DNA of 64,000 nt from positions 711,199-775,198 of the forward strand of contig CAVRCI010000013.1 in NCBI GenBank assembly GCA_963719495.1. Reading direction: 5' to 3'. Shown in pieces: positions 22,724-33,305 of this stretch (positions are counted from its first letter, which is position 1; each line of letters begins with the position of its first letter). The notes beneath the pieces are model-generated. The model did not search any database. It saw only the letters and a list, made by a program, of their open reading frames with translations, and was not told where the DNA came from. The translations under genes were made by a program, and so were the position numbers. The DNA is from an uncultured Verrucomicrobiae bacterium (GTDB lineage: Bacteria; Verrucomicrobiota; Verrucomicrobiia; Chthoniobacterales; JAATET01).

Positions 22724-24157
22724 ATGGATGAAACAGCACCCCCCGCGGAGAAGCGGAGTCAATTTTTCGAATCGGTCTGCTCGTATTTCGACCGCGCGGC
22801 GGCGCTGAGTGAGTTTTCGCCCGGCATTCTGGATCAGGTGAAGACGTGCAACAGCGTCTACCGGATGAAATTTCCGGTGAAGGACGACGACGGCAACGTG
22901 GTCGTCGTCGAGGCCTACCGGGCGGAACACAGTCATCATCGGCTGCCGTGCAAGGGCGGGCTGCGCTACAGCCTGTCGGTCACTCTGGACGAGACCATCG
23001 CCTTGGCGGCGCTCATGACCTACAAGTGCGCGCTGGTCGGGGTGCCGTTCGGCGGGGCGAAGGGCGGGGTGGTGATCGATTCGCGGGCGTCGTCGGTGGG
23101 GTTCCGGGAGCGGGTGACGCGGCGGCTGACGGCCGAGCTGAACAAGAAAAAGTTCATCGGACCCTCGATCGACGTGCCCGCTCCGGATTACGGGACGGGT
23201 GAGCAGGAGATGGCGTGGATCGCGGACACGTATCGGGCGCTGAACTTCAACGACGCGAATCCCTACGCCTGCGTGACGGGCAAGCCGCTCGACATGCACG
23301 GCATCCCGGGCCGCAAGGAGGCGACGGGGCTGGGTGTTTATTTTGGAATCAAAGAATGTCTGTCGCACGCGGAGGACATGGAGCCGCTGGGGCTGACGCC
23401 GGGCGTCGAGGGGAAGCGCGTGATCGTCCAGGGTCTCGGCAACGTCGGCGAACACGCGGCGCATTATCTGCACGAAGCGGGGGCGCTCGTCGTGGGGATC
23501 AGCGAGCTGGGCGGCGGGATTTACGACGCGGCGGGGATCGACGTCGCGAAGGCGGTTGGGCATTTTCGTGAGCACCGGTCGTTCGACGGATTTGGGGCGG
23601 GAGAGTTCGTTCGCGACCCGGGCAAGGTGCTCGAAATGGAGTGCGACATCCTGGTGCCGGCCGCGCTGGAGAATCAAATCACCGCGGACAACGCCGGGCG
23701 GATTCAGGCGAAGATCGTGGCGGAGGCGGCGAATGGGCCGGTGGATTTCGAGGGTCAGCAAATCCTGCTGGAGAAGGGTGTGCTGGTGATTCCGGATCTG
23801 TATCTCAACGCGGGTGGGGTGACGGTTTCGTATTTCGAATGGCTGCGGAACTTGTCGCACGTGAGCTTCGACCGGATGAATTCGCGCTACATCGAGCACT
23901 CGCGCACGCAGATGGTCGAGGCGGTCGAGGGACTGACCGGTCGGGCGTTCGACCCGGACACGCGGAAGGATCTGACGACCGGGCCGCACGAGTTGGACTT
24001 CGTCCGGACGGCGCTGCAGGAGACGATGGCGCTCGCCTACAACAACGTGCGGACGATCTGGAAGACGAAGGACATGCCGGATTTACGGACGGCGGCGTAT
24101 TACTTCGCGATCGACCGGGTGGCGCGGCACTACGTGGCGAACGGGATCTTTCCGTAA
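22724..24157 (+). CDS. gdhA: Glu/Leu/Phe/Val dehydrogenase (glutamate dehydrogenase)
   Basis: PCKGGLRY, PFGGAKGG, DVPAPD, VTGKP, QGLGNVG, EAANGP, NAGGVTVSYFEW. Confidence 0.93.
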   Translation: MDETAPPAEKRSQFFESVCSYFDRAAALSEFSPGILDQVKTCNSVYRMKFPVKDDDGNVVVVEAYRAEHSHHRLPCKGGLRYSLSVTLDETIALAALMTYKCALVGVPFGGAKGGVVIDSRASSVGFRERVTRRLTAELNKKKFIGPSIDVPAPDYGTGEQEMAWIADTYRALNFNDANPYACVTGKPLDMHGIPGRKEATGLGVYFGIKECLSHAEDMEPLGLTPGVEGKRVIVQGLGNVGEHAAHYLHEAGALVVGISELGGGIYDAAGIDVAKAVGHFREHRSFDGFGAGEFVRDPGKVLEMECDILVPAALENQITADNAGRIQAKIVAEAANGPVDFEGQQILLEKGVLVIPDLYLNAGGVTVSYFEWLRNLSHVSFDRMNSRYIEHSRTQMVEAVEGLTGRAFDPDTRKDLTTGPHELDFVRTALQETMALAYNNVRTIWKTKDMPDLRTAAYYFAIDRVARHYVANGIFP

Positions 24158-24216
24158 GTCGGTGACGAGGCGTTTACGCTTCGTGCGTCGAGTGGGTGCG
24201 CCGCCCTGACGGCAAA

Positions 24217-24280
24217 CGGGGTGAGGGCGTCTCGCCCTCGATATCTCGTTTGAACGCGAGGACGAGACGTCCTCACCCCG
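24217..24280. repeat. Inverted REP-like doublet
   Basis: CGGGGTGAGGGCGTCTCGCCCTCG ... CGAGGACGAGACGTCCTCACCCCG; each arm is itself a hairpin. Confidence 0.8.
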
Positions 24281-24366
24281 CTTCTGCGTTCACTCGTAGG
24301 ACGGGGATTTTGCTCTGATCCATCTGGGGATTGACGCGAAGTGCCCGCGCCGAGAGCATTCGATGC

Positions 24367-24594
24367 GTGCGAACGACCCTGGATATTTCAAAGTCGGTGA
24401 TGGAGGAATTGCGGAAGTTGAAGAAGATCGAGGGGAATTCTTTGGGTCGAATCGCATCGCGTTTGCTGGCCGAAGGTTTGGCGGCGCACTCGCGGCGCGA
24501 TAGTGGCTCTGTCTGGAACACTCGCGCGATGAACGCCCGCGTGAATCTCGCGAACAAAGACGAGGTTTATCGGATTCTGGACGGACGCTCATGA
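24367..24594 (+). CDS. VapB-like ribbon-helix-helix antitoxin (orphan)
   Basis: (M)RTTLDISKSVMEELRKLKKIEGNSLGRIASRLLAEGL resembles MRTTLDID-type antitoxins; GTG start. Confidence 0.7.
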   Translation: MRTTLDISKSVMEELRKLKKIEGNSLGRIASRLLAEGLAAHSRRDSGSVWNTRAMNARVNLANKDEVYRILDGRS

Positions 24595-25607
24595 CCATTG
24601 GGACGATCAAAGGCGTCGAAGGATTTCGCATTCTGCTTTGCCGACTTGGCGACGCGATTCGGGACGCGGTGATCGCGGGGCGGGACGCGGCTTCCCTGGA
24701 GTCGATGAGCGCGGTGGCGCACGAGTCGGCGGCGGATACGATCTACGCGATCGACAAGGTGAGCGAGGAGGCGATCGCCAAATGGTTCATCGCGGTGTGG
24801 CCGGCGGATGAGCCGGTCGAGCTGGTGCTGGAGGGGGTGGACGAGTCGGCTCCGCTTTGTTTTCCCGTCGGGACGCACCCGGCGGATACGAAGTGGAAGT
24901 GCATCATCGATCCGATCGATGGGACGCGGGGGATCATGTATGACAAACGGTCGGCCTGGGCGCTGGCGGGGCTGGCTCCGCAGCTCGGGGCGGCGACGGC
25001 GCTGTCGGACATCGTGGCGGCGGCGATGACGGAGATTCCGACCAGCAAGCAGTGGCGGGCGGATCAATTGAGCGCGACGCGGGGCGGCGGCGTGACGGCG
25101 GAGGCGGTGAACGTGCTCGACGGGACTCGGACGCCGCTGGAGGTGCGGCCTTCGGGGGCGACGGATTTCCGGCACGGCTTCGCGTCGATGGCGAAATTTT
25201 TTCCGGAAGGGCGGACGCTGATTTCGCAGATCGAGGAGCAGGTGTGGGACGAGATCGTGGGGCTGGGGAGCACGAAGTCGCCGACGATTTTCGACGATCA
25301 ATACATTTCGACCGGCGGGCAATTCTACGAGCTGCTCATGGGGCACGATCGGTTCGTGGGGGACGTGCGGCCGATCGTGCACGCGTGCCTGGACCTGGAC
25401 TCGGTGTTGGTGTGTCACCCGTATGACGTGGCCGCGGCGCTGGTGCTGACGGAGGCTGGGGTGGTTTACGAGACGCCGTTCGGGGATTTTCCGGAAGCGC
25501 CCTTGGACACGACTTCCCCGGTGGCGTGGCTGGGATTTGCGAACGAGACGCTGGCGAAGATCGCGCGGCCGGTGCTGACGAAGGCGATTGGGGTGATGGT
25601 CGGATGA
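24591..25607 (+). CDS. Inositol monophosphatase / FBPase-like family protein
   Basis: IIDPIDGT, HPYDVAAALVLTEAG; ATGA overlap with the upstream gene. Confidence 0.85.
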   Translation: MTIGTIKGVEGFRILLCRLGDAIRDAVIAGRDAASLESMSAVAHESAADTIYAIDKVSEEAIAKWFIAVWPADEPVELVLEGVDESAPLCFPVGTHPADTKWKCIIDPIDGTRGIMYDKRSAWALAGLAPQLGAATALSDIVAAAMTEIPTSKQWRADQLSATRGGGVTAEAVNVLDGTRTPLEVRPSGATDFRHGFASMAKFFPEGRTLISQIEEQVWDEIVGLGSTKSPTIFDDQYISTGGQFYELLMGHDRFVGDVRPIVHACLDLDSVLVCHPYDVAAALVLTEAGVVYETPFGDFPEAPLDTTSPVAWLGFANETLAKIARPVLTKAIGVMVG

Positions 25608-25650
25608 TTGGCCGCAAAAAGGCGCAGAAGGCTCAGAGGGGTCGCATCGT

Positions 25651-25741
25651 TGTAGCGGCGGTCTGTGACCGCCGAGACCGTCACGGTGTAGGCCGACCGG
25701 CATTTCGCGAAGTCAGCGGCGGTCATAGACGCGCCGCTACA
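25651..25741. repeat. REPIN-like doublet (GTAG family)
   Basis: TGTAGCGGCGGTCTGTGACCGCCG ... CGGCGGTCATAGACGCGCCGCTACA. Confidence 0.9.
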
Positions 25742-25752
25742 GTTATTTTTGA

Positions 25753-26385
25753 ATGAAGCGGGAGGAATTGTTGGGATTGGTCGGGGCGGGGATCGCCAAG
25801 GTGCTTCTGGCGACGGTGCGGATGCGGATCGTGGATCGGAGTGGCTTGTTGACGGAATCGCCGGACTTTCCGTTGATCCTGACGTTTTGGCATAATCGGA
25901 TCTTGGCGATCACTAAGGCTCACCGGCTTCGGTATCCGGCGGGGCGGAAGGGGGTGGCGGTGCTCACGAGTCCGAGCAAGGACGGGGAGATTCTGGCGCA
26001 GATTATGGCGCGGTTTCGGATGGGGGCAATTCGCGGGTCGAGTTCGCGGCGGGGGGCGCGGGCTTTGGTCGAATGTCGACGTTGGTTGAAGACTGGCGCG
26101 GATCTGGCGGTGACGCCGGATGGGCCGAAGGGGCCGCGCTACGTGCTGGGACCGGGGTTGATTCTGATGGCGCAGACGAGCGGGGCGCGGGTGCTGCCGG
26201 TGCGGGCGGAATTTTCGCGCTTTTACGAGGTGCGGAGTTGGGATGGGTTCCGAATCCCGTGGCCGTTTTCAAGGATCGACGTCACACTGATGCCCTACGA
26301 AATGATCCCGCCGACCGAGACCGAAGAAGCGTTCGAGGCGGAGCGATTGCGGATCGAAAATTTACTGAATCATGAAGCTGATTAA
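25753..26385 (+). CDS. Lysophospholipid acyltransferase family (DUF374)
   Basis: [40 protein letters not shown]. Confidence 0.9.
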   Translation: MKREELLGLVGAGIAKVLLATVRMRIVDRSGLLTESPDFPLILTFWHNRILAITKAHRLRYPAGRKGVAVLTSPSKDGEILAQIMARFRMGAIRGSSSRRGARALVECRRWLKTGADLAVTPDGPKGPRYVLGPGLILMAQTSGARVLPVRAEFSRFYEVRSWDGFRIPWPFSRIDVTLMPYEMIPPTETEEAFEAERLRIENLLNHEAD

Positions 26386-27253
26386 CGGGACGGAGATTGC
26401 GGCGAAGGTCGTGGAGGAAACGAAAATTCGGATCGCAGCGTGCCGGGAGCGGGGCGTGACGCCGGGGTTGGCGGTCGTGTTGGTCGGCGAGAATCCGGCT
26501 TCGCTGGCCTACGTGCGGCGGAAGGACGAGGTGGCGGGCAAGCTGGGGATTTTGTCGAAGAAGATCGAGCTGCCATCGGCAACCACGCAGGCGGAATTGC
26601 TCGCCGTGGTCGCGACGCTGAACGCGGACCCGGAGATTCACGGAATCCTGGTGCAGTCCCCCCCACCGGACCACATCGACGAGGCGGCGATCGTCCGGGC
26701 GATCGATCCTCGCAAGGACGTGGATGGTTTTCATCCCGAGAACGTCGCAAAACTGGCGATGGATGACCGGTCTGGGTTCGTGCCGTGCACGCCGTTGGGA
26801 TGTCAGCGTTTGCTGATCGAGGCGGGCGTGGAGACGGCGGGAGCGAACGTCGTGGTGCTGGGGCGGAGCATGATCGTGGGAAAACCGCTGGCGCTGCTGC
26901 TGATGGCGCGGGGCGCGGGCGGCGACGCGACGGTGACGGTGGCGCATTCGCGGTCGAAGGATTTGGCGTCGATTACGCGGGGGGCCGACATCGTGATTGC
27001 GGCGATTGGGCGGGCGGGGTTCGTGACGGCGGACATGGTGCGCGAGGGGGCGGTGGTGATCGACGTGGGGATCAACCGGGTCGAGGACCCGGCGGCGAAG
27101 CGGGGGTATCGGATCGTGGGGGACGTGGATTTCGACGCGGTCGCGCCGAAGTGCGCGGCGATCACGCCGGTGCCGGGCGGGGTGGGGCCGATGACGATTG
27201 CAATGCTGATGGCGAATACGGTGAGGGCGGCGGAGTTCGCTTCGCTCCCGTGA
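26372..27253 (+). CDS. folD: Methylenetetrahydrofolate dehydrogenase/cyclohydrolase
   Basis: [44 protein letters not shown]. Confidence 0.96.
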   Translation: MKLINGTEIAAKVVEETKIRIAACRERGVTPGLAVVLVGENPASLAYVRRKDEVAGKLGILSKKIELPSATTQAELLAVVATLNADPEIHGILVQSPPPDHIDEAAIVRAIDPRKDVDGFHPENVAKLAMDDRSGFVPCTPLGCQRLLIEAGVETAGANVVVLGRSMIVGKPLALLLMARGAGGDATVTVAHSRSKDLASITRGADIVIAAIGRAGFVTADMVREGAVVIDVGINRVEDPAAKRGYRIVGDVDFDAVAPKCAAITPVPGGVGPMTIAMLMANTVRAAEFASLP

Positions 27254-27348
27254 TTGGTGACTGGTGACTGGTGAATGGTGGAGTTCGGTCGGCTCCCGCT
27301 GGCGCGGGTTGCCGGGGTCGGGTTCTTGGTGTTTAGTTCGCGGTTCTT

Positions 27349-28272
27349 ATGGAAAACGTGATCATTGTGGGGACGGGGTGCGCGGGGTTGACGGCGGCGA
27401 TTTATGCGGCTCGGTCGGGACTTTCGCCGCTGGTGCTCGAAGGACGGCAGCCGGGCGGTCAGTTGACGACGACGACGGCGGTGGAGAATTTTCCCGGGTT
27501 TCCCGAGGGGATCGACGGGCCGGATCTGATCATTGCGATGCATCAGCAGGCGGAGCGGTTCGGCGCTCGCTACCAATACGGGACGGTCGAGGAATTCGAG
27601 CAGGTCGACGGCGTGAATCGCGTGAAGGTCGACGGGGAATGGCTCGAAACGAAGGCGCTGATCATCGCGAGTGGGGCTTCGGCTCGATATCTGGATCTGC
27701 CGGGTGAGGAGAAGCTGATCGGCCACGGGTTGACGAGTTGCGCGACGTGCGACGGGGCATTTTATCGCAACGTGCCGGTGTGCGTGGTCGGGGGCGGGGA
27801 CTCGGCTTGCGAAGAGGCGACGTTCCTGACGCGGTTTGCGTCGAAGGTTTATTTGATCCATCGCCGCGGCGAGTTGCGGGCGTCGACGATCATGGCCGAG
27901 CGGGCGCTTTCGAACGAGAAGATCGAGCCGATCTGGCATTCCGCCGTCACGGAATACCTCACCGACGACGAGGGCGAGGTGCGCGGGGTGAAGCTCAAGA
28001 ATTTGGAATCCGACGCCGAGACCGAGCTCGAGGTGAAGTGCGTGTTTGTAGCCATCGGGCACGAGCCGAATACGGTGGCCTTCCGCGGAAAGGTCGACGC
28101 GGACGAGGCGGGCTACCTTCAACAGAAGGGCGGGACGAACACGAATCTGGCCGGCGTCTTCGCGGCGGGCGACGTCGCGGACCACGTTTACCGTCAGGCC
28201 ATCACGGCGGCGGGCCAGGGTTGCGCCGCGGCGATCGACGCGGAGCGCTGGCTGGCAGCTAAGGAGTCTTAA
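27349..28272 (+). CDS. trxB: Thioredoxin-disulfide reductase
   Basis: GGQLTTTTAVENFPG, CATCDG, VGGGDSACEEA, GDVADHVYRQAITAAG. Confidence 0.96.
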   Translation: MENVIIVGTGCAGLTAAIYAARSGLSPLVLEGRQPGGQLTTTTAVENFPGFPEGIDGPDLIIAMHQQAERFGARYQYGTVEEFEQVDGVNRVKVDGEWLETKALIIASGASARYLDLPGEEKLIGHGLTSCATCDGAFYRNVPVCVVGGGDSACEEATFLTRFASKVYLIHRRGELRASTIMAERALSNEKIEPIWHSAVTEYLTDDEGEVRGVKLKNLESDAETELEVKCVFVAIGHEPNTVAFRGKVDADEAGYLQQKGGTNTNLAGVFAAGDVADHVYRQAITAAGQGCAAAIDAERWLAAKES

Positions 28273-28345
28273 GTTTTCGAGTTTTAAGAATTAAGTCCTC
28301 GCAGAAGGGCATTTTCTTAATTCTTGAAACTTAATTCTCAAAACT
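28269..28345. repeat. AT-rich 7-nt-periodic inverted repeat
   Basis: AGTTTTAAGAATTAAG ... CTTAATTCTTGAAACTTAATTCTCAAAACT. Confidence 0.65.
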
Positions 28346-28349
28346 CGTC

Positions 28350-29516
28350 GTGAAGATCTGCGACCTCACTCAGTTTTACTCCCCGGTCAGCGGCGGGGTG
28401 AAGCGTTACGTCGAGCAGAAGGTCGCGTATCTGCGCCGCCACGCGCCGGACGACGAACACATCCTCATCATCCCCGGCGAACGGACGCGCCGGACGGGCG
28501 ACGACCGGGCGCGGATTTACGAGATCGAGTCGCCGCTGGTCTCGCGGACTTCGCGCTACCGGGCGCTGATCGGATTGAATCAGGTGGAGGAGATTTTTCA
28601 CCTCGAGCGGCCGGACATCATCGAGTCGGGCGATCCTTATCAAGTCGCGTGGAAGGCGGTCGCGTCGGGTCGCGCGCTCGGGATCCCGGCGGTTGGTTTT
28701 TATCATTCGCATTTCCCGGAAGCGTATCTGCGGAGTGTGACGAAATACTTCGGGCGGATCGCGGTCGAAATCGCCGAGGACGTGGCACAGCGTTACGTGC
28801 GGACGCTTTACAACCGGTTCGAACGGACGCTGGTGCCGAGCCCGGCGTTGGCGGAGCTGCTGCGGGGTTGGGGGGTGGACAACGTTCAAACGACGGATCT
28901 GGGCGTCGACGTCGAGAATTTCACCCCGGAAGGCCCGGGCGTTTTGCGCCGGGAGCTGGGGGTGCCGGACGGTCGGATTCTGCTGCTCTACGTGGGGCGG
29001 CTCGCCCCCGAGAAAAACGTGCGCACGCTCTTCGCGGCGTTCGACGAATTGACTCGCGCGGAGCCGGGGCGGTTCCATCTGCTCGTCGCCGGGGACGGGA
29101 CGGGGCGGCGGGAGGTCGAGCGGCTTCGTGAGCGGACCGGGGCGGTGCATTGGATGCCGTATTGCCCGGATGCGCGGCAGCTCGCGCGGGTGTATCGGAC
29201 GGCGGATCTCTTCGTGCATCCGGGGGTGCTGGAGACCTTTGGGCTCGTCACTCTGGAAGCGCAGGCTTGCGGGACTCCGGTGGTGGGGATCGGGGGGAGT
29301 TACATGGACCGGATCGTATTTAACCACGGCGTGCGCTGGGCGGCGGAAAACACGGCGCCGGCGCTGGCGAGAGCAATCCGGGCGGCGGCGGAGACGGACC
29401 TGCGGGCGGAGGGGCTGGCGGCGAGCCGGATCGTGCGGGAGCGCTACGGGTGGCGGACGGTTTTCGACCGCTTGTTTGGGATTTACCGGGACGTGATCGC
29501 TTCCTACAACCCTTGA
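28350..29516 (+). CDS. GT4 family glycosyltransferase
   Basis: KICDLTQFYSPVSGGVKRY, YVGRLAPEKN, ETFGLVTLEAQACGTPV. Confidence 0.92.
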   Translation: MKICDLTQFYSPVSGGVKRYVEQKVAYLRRHAPDDEHILIIPGERTRRTGDDRARIYEIESPLVSRTSRYRALIGLNQVEEIFHLERPDIIESGDPYQVAWKAVASGRALGIPAVGFYHSHFPEAYLRSVTKYFGRIAVEIAEDVAQRYVRTLYNRFERTLVPSPALAELLRGWGVDNVQTTDLGVDVENFTPEGPGVLRRELGVPDGRILLLYVGRLAPEKNVRTLFAAFDELTRAEPGRFHLLVAGDGTGRREVERLRERTGAVHWMPYCPDARQLARVYRTADLFVHPGVLETFGLVTLEAQACGTPVVGIGGSYMDRIVFNHGVRWAAENTAPALARAIRAAAETDLRAEGLAASRIVRERYGWRTVFDRLFGIYRDVIASYNP

Positions 29517-29517
29517 A

Positions 29518-30165
29518 GTGGCGTTACCCCCGGGAGTCGAGATTCGGAAATTCGAGCCGCGGGATCGCGAGGCGGTGCGGGGAATTTGTTGCGACACGGG
29601 ATACCTTGGGAAGGCGATTGACCCGGTCTTCGAGGATCGCGAGCTCTTCGCCGATTACCTCACGAGCTACTACACGGACCGCGAGCCCGAATCGTCCCTT
29701 GTGGTGACGCTCGACGGCGTCGTCAGCGGCTACCTGCTCGGGTCGCGCCACCCGACGGCGCAGCGGCGGTATGATTTTTGGCTCGGCCTGTCGCTGGCGG
29801 CGCGGGGGTTTTGGCGTTATCTCGGCTACCGGAAGGAGTCGCGGGATTTCGTGAAATGGATCCTCCGCGACGCGCGCAAGGAGGTGCCGGTCGCCCCGGA
29901 AAACACGCCGCACTTTCACTTCAATCAGCTTCCGGAGTCCCGAAACCTTGCGACGACGCAGACGCTGATCAACGTCTACTTCGATTACCTGCGCTCGGTG
30001 GGCGAGACGGCGGTGTTCGGTCAGGTCGTGACGTTTGCCGACCGGCGGGGCGCGGGGGCGTTCGAGCGGTATGGGTTCGAGGCGATCGGGCGAAGCGAGA
30101 TTACCAAATACCGGAAGGTGCGGGACGAGCCGGTCTTCCTGACGACGATTGTGAAGCGGCTGTAG
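29518..30165 (+). CDS. GNAT-like acetyltransferase
   Basis: IRKFEPRDREAVRGICCDTG, YYTDREPE, VSGYLLG, HFHFN; 1 bp after the GT4 stop. Confidence 0.7.
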   Translation: MALPPGVEIRKFEPRDREAVRGICCDTGYLGKAIDPVFEDRELFADYLTSYYTDREPESSLVVTLDGVVSGYLLGSRHPTAQRRYDFWLGLSLAARGFWRYLGYRKESRDFVKWILRDARKEVPVAPENTPHFHFNQLPESRNLATTQTLINVYFDYLRSVGETAVFGQVVTFADRRGAGAFERYGFEAIGRSEITKYRKVRDEPVFLTTIVKRL

Positions 30166-30332
30166 GGTATTTTATCGATCCGCCCAGGGACTTGGATGAT
30201 TGGGCGGGAGGCAAACGATCCGCCCGCCTGAGTCCGGGCTTGGCGGGGGGTGCCATCCCGGCTTCCCGCGAGCCGCGGTCGGGGTGGTTTTTCGGGTTTG
30301 GATTCTTCGACTTACGCCTTAGGTTTCGGTCC

Positions 30333-31793
30333 ATGACGGTGCGATTGCTATCCTTCCTGGTTCTCCTGATTTTTTCCGGCCCTGCCTCCGGTCTCTCGGT
30401 TACCCCACCGCAATTCGTCAGCGGGCAGGCGGCGGATTTGGTTTTATTCCAGCCGGATTTCACCTCCAACTTGAATTCTCTCGGATCGCGGGACGTCTCC
30501 TCGCCGTTGGGATTGGCCATCGATCCGACGACTGGGAAGTTGTTCGTGGCCGACTCGACGAACAATCGCGTCCTGCGGCTGGCCAGTGTCTTCGCTCTCG
30601 TCACGAATGCCGGTGCCGAGGCGGTCTTTGGGCAATCGAATTTCACCGACACGGGCAACGCGACGACGCGGACGACCCTTGCCAACCCGAGTGGCATCAC
30701 GGTCGATGAGCTGGGTCGGCTCTGGGTCGCGGATCAAGGCAACAACCGGGTTATCATGTGGGAGGCCGCCTCGTTGCGCTCCACTGGAGCCGAGGCCGAC
30801 CGGGTTCTTGGTCAGCTGGACTACACGAGCAACGGAGGCTCCGGCGGCCCGAATGGGATGACCAATCCGAGCGCGGTGGCCGTTGATTCCGATGATCGGC
30901 TGTGGGTCGTCGACACGAGCAACCACCGGGTTCTGCGATTCGACGCGGTGAGTTCGAAATTCAACGGAAGCTTCGCGCAAGCCGTGTTGGGACAAACGAA
31001 TTTCTCCGACAACTTCTCGGGGCTGAGCGATAGCAAATTGAACTTCCCACTGAGTCTCACGGTGGACTCCGGCGGGCGCGTCTGGGTGGCCGATTCCGGC
31101 AATAATCGATTGCTTCGATTCGACGATGCGGCATTGAAAGCGAACGGGGCCGCGGCGGACGGCGTTCTGGGCCAGACGGATTTTCTCACGGGGTTTCCGC
31201 CACCCCTGCCGAGCGCAACCTCTCTCGCCGAACCGCAGGCCCTCACGGTCGACTCTGCCGGCACGCTTTGGGTTGCGGACACGTTCAGCGGACGCGTCGT
31301 GGGCTACCCGAACGCGGCGGCCTTGCCCGACGGCGCGGCTGCCAGCATTGTGCTTGGGCAGCCGGACTTCGGCACCGTGGACCTCAGCCGCTCCGCGCGC
31401 GGGCCAATTCTCTCGGCGGGTCTTGCTTTCGACGCTCTCGGTCGGCTTTGGGTGACGGATGTGTCCGCGCACCGCGTTCTTCGCTTCACGCCGCCCCCTC
31501 CGGTCGTGGCTCCCGCCGACTTCACTCGCCCGACTCTCAAGGTCCGCGGCCGAAAGACGATCGAATCGAAGCGCAACCGGATCGTCATCCGCGGAACGGC
31601 GACGGACGCCTCGGGGATAGCTCGGGTCGAGTTCAAGGCTGGCAAAGGCAGCTTCCGATCGGCAAAGGGCGGAGTCAGCTGGAAGGTGATCGTCCGACCG
31701 GGCGAGAGTCGGAAGACCGTCGTGAAAATTCGCGCTCTGGATGCCTTCGGCAATCGCTCCGCGGTCGCCAAGGTGAAGATCATTCGACGGTAA
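30333..31793 (+). CDS. Secreted NHL-repeat beta-propeller protein (paralog 1)
   Basis: Signal peptide; about six P..(L/I)xVD..GRLWVAD..NNRV repeats with A..VLGQ.DF spacers; basic C-terminal domain ending KIIRR. Confidence 0.9.
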   Translation: MTVRLLSFLVLLIFSGPASGLSVTPPQFVSGQAADLVLFQPDFTSNLNSLGSRDVSSPLGLAIDPTTGKLFVADSTNNRVLRLASVFALVTNAGAEAVFGQSNFTDTGNATTRTTLANPSGITVDELGRLWVADQGNNRVIMWEAASLRSTGAEADRVLGQLDYTSNGGSGGPNGMTNPSAVAVDSDDRLWVVDTSNHRVLRFDAVSSKFNGSFAQAVLGQTNFSDNFSGLSDSKLNFPLSLTVDSGGRVWVADSGNNRLLRFDDAALKANGAAADGVLGQTDFLTGFPPPLPSATSLAEPQALTVDSAGTLWVADTFSGRVVGYPNAAALPDGAAASIVLGQPDFGTVDLSRSARGPILSAGLAFDALGRLWVTDVSAHRVLRFTPPPPVVAPADFTRPTLKVRGRKTIESKRNRIVIRGTATDASGIARVEFKAGKGSFRSAKGGVSWKVIVRPGESRKTVVKIRALDAFGNRSAVAKVKIIRR

Positions 31794-31881
31794 GGTTTTC
31801 GACTTCGTCTTCCGGAACTCTTTTCCGGTATCGTCAGCCAATTAGCTTCCGTGGGCTGCGGTTTGTCGCCATGCTCTTGCA

Positions 31882-33239
31882 ATGCCTGGTTGCAGCGCGG
31901 AATTGATTTTTACGAAGTCGCGCTTTCAGTGGACACTCAATCGCATCCGCTTCGTTGCCCGAGACGGGGATACCGCCCGCGAGACCTTGTGGGGTGATCG
32001 ATTTCGTCACGACTCGCCGTCCTTTGCGTGGACCCGCGCTCTTCGTGCGCTCAGTCTGTTGCTCGTGCGCCACGCGGTGGGCGCGCCACCAGCCGCGCTC
32101 ATCGGTGGCCCCGATTCACCCGTTCGCACCCTCGCCAATTTGTTGGAGCATCCGGCGCGAAGTTCGGCCGCGCGGCCGTTCAGCGACGGCAACGGGAATT
32201 GCCAGATCGGCGCGCTTCTCACTCTCTCGACAGCCGGCCGCAATCACGATGGCGATCCCGAGCATTCGATCAAGGTTTGTCGCGCCCGATTACCCGCCAG
32301 GCGAGTCACCATTATCGCCGACGGAGTGCGGATCGAGTCACCCGCCGACGCGTGCGGTCTTCTGCAATGTCTGGCCCGCGCCTGGCCGCACTGGCAGCAA
32401 CCTTCCACTCCCGTTGCCCCACCCGCCGAGGGGCGTCCGGGGCTGACGGCCCGTTGTCGGCGGACCACCGAATGCGAGCGGAATCAGCGGATCGCGGCGT
32501 TCTACGCCCGGGCCCTCACCGACGGTCCGTTGACGGCGGCCTCCGGAGCTTTGGCCGAAGCGATCGACGGAGCCGTTCACCTCACGTTTATGGCTGGTCC
32601 TCGCGGGGGGTTCGAAATCTCGACGAACCAGGGCGAGCAAGGCCGCAGATTTTGCCAGGCGACCATGGGCGCGGCGGCCAGCAACCCGTTGCTTTTCCAG
32701 TGTCGGGGAAAGTGCGCGCGATCTCCGACGTGTTGTCCGCGCGCCAGTGGAGCCGCGTGGCGCTTCGGGAGGCTGCCCGGCCGATTTTCCGGATGGAGGA
32801 TGCGCTCGGGACTGATTTCGCCCTCGCCGATGGGCGGATCTTCAACGCCTGCGTTGTCCGCGACAGCCGGTTCTTCGCCAACGAGGATCGGTGGGCATTC
32901 GAGTTGCTCGTCCCTCATTTTCGCACCGTCTTCGGGTGGGCGAATCCGGTGGCAACGCTAAAAAGTCCCGGCTATCGCGTGATCGATTTGGCGAACTACG
33001 GGTCCGATCCCGACCGGGCCGCGCGGGCGGTCGCGCACGTCGTCCGCCGATCCCTTTCGCTCCAGTCGGCGGAGCTTTCCGCGGCCCAGGTCGCGGAGTG
33101 GGTCCTCGCAGTGCGGCGCAATCCTCCCCGGCGTTTCGCCCCGCATTGGATCGGTGGAGAGGCTCACCATCCGGCCGCCATCGTCTGCCTCCCGCCCTTT
33201 GGAAAGTCAGCGGGATCGATCGTGCTCCCGAGGGCGTGA
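31882..33239 (+). pseudogene. Frameshifted hypothetical protein with a LuxR-associated GAF-like sensor region
   Basis: Frame change near the TTTT at 32693-32696 joins ...ASNPLL to FPVSGKVRAISDVLS...RDSRFFANEDRWAFELLVPHF; may be an assembly indel. Confidence 0.5.
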
Positions 33240-33305
33240 CGCGAGAACCAGCAAATCTCGATCGTTGTCGGCGCATCAAGGCTCCACCTGGGGCCGATCG
33301 AAAGC

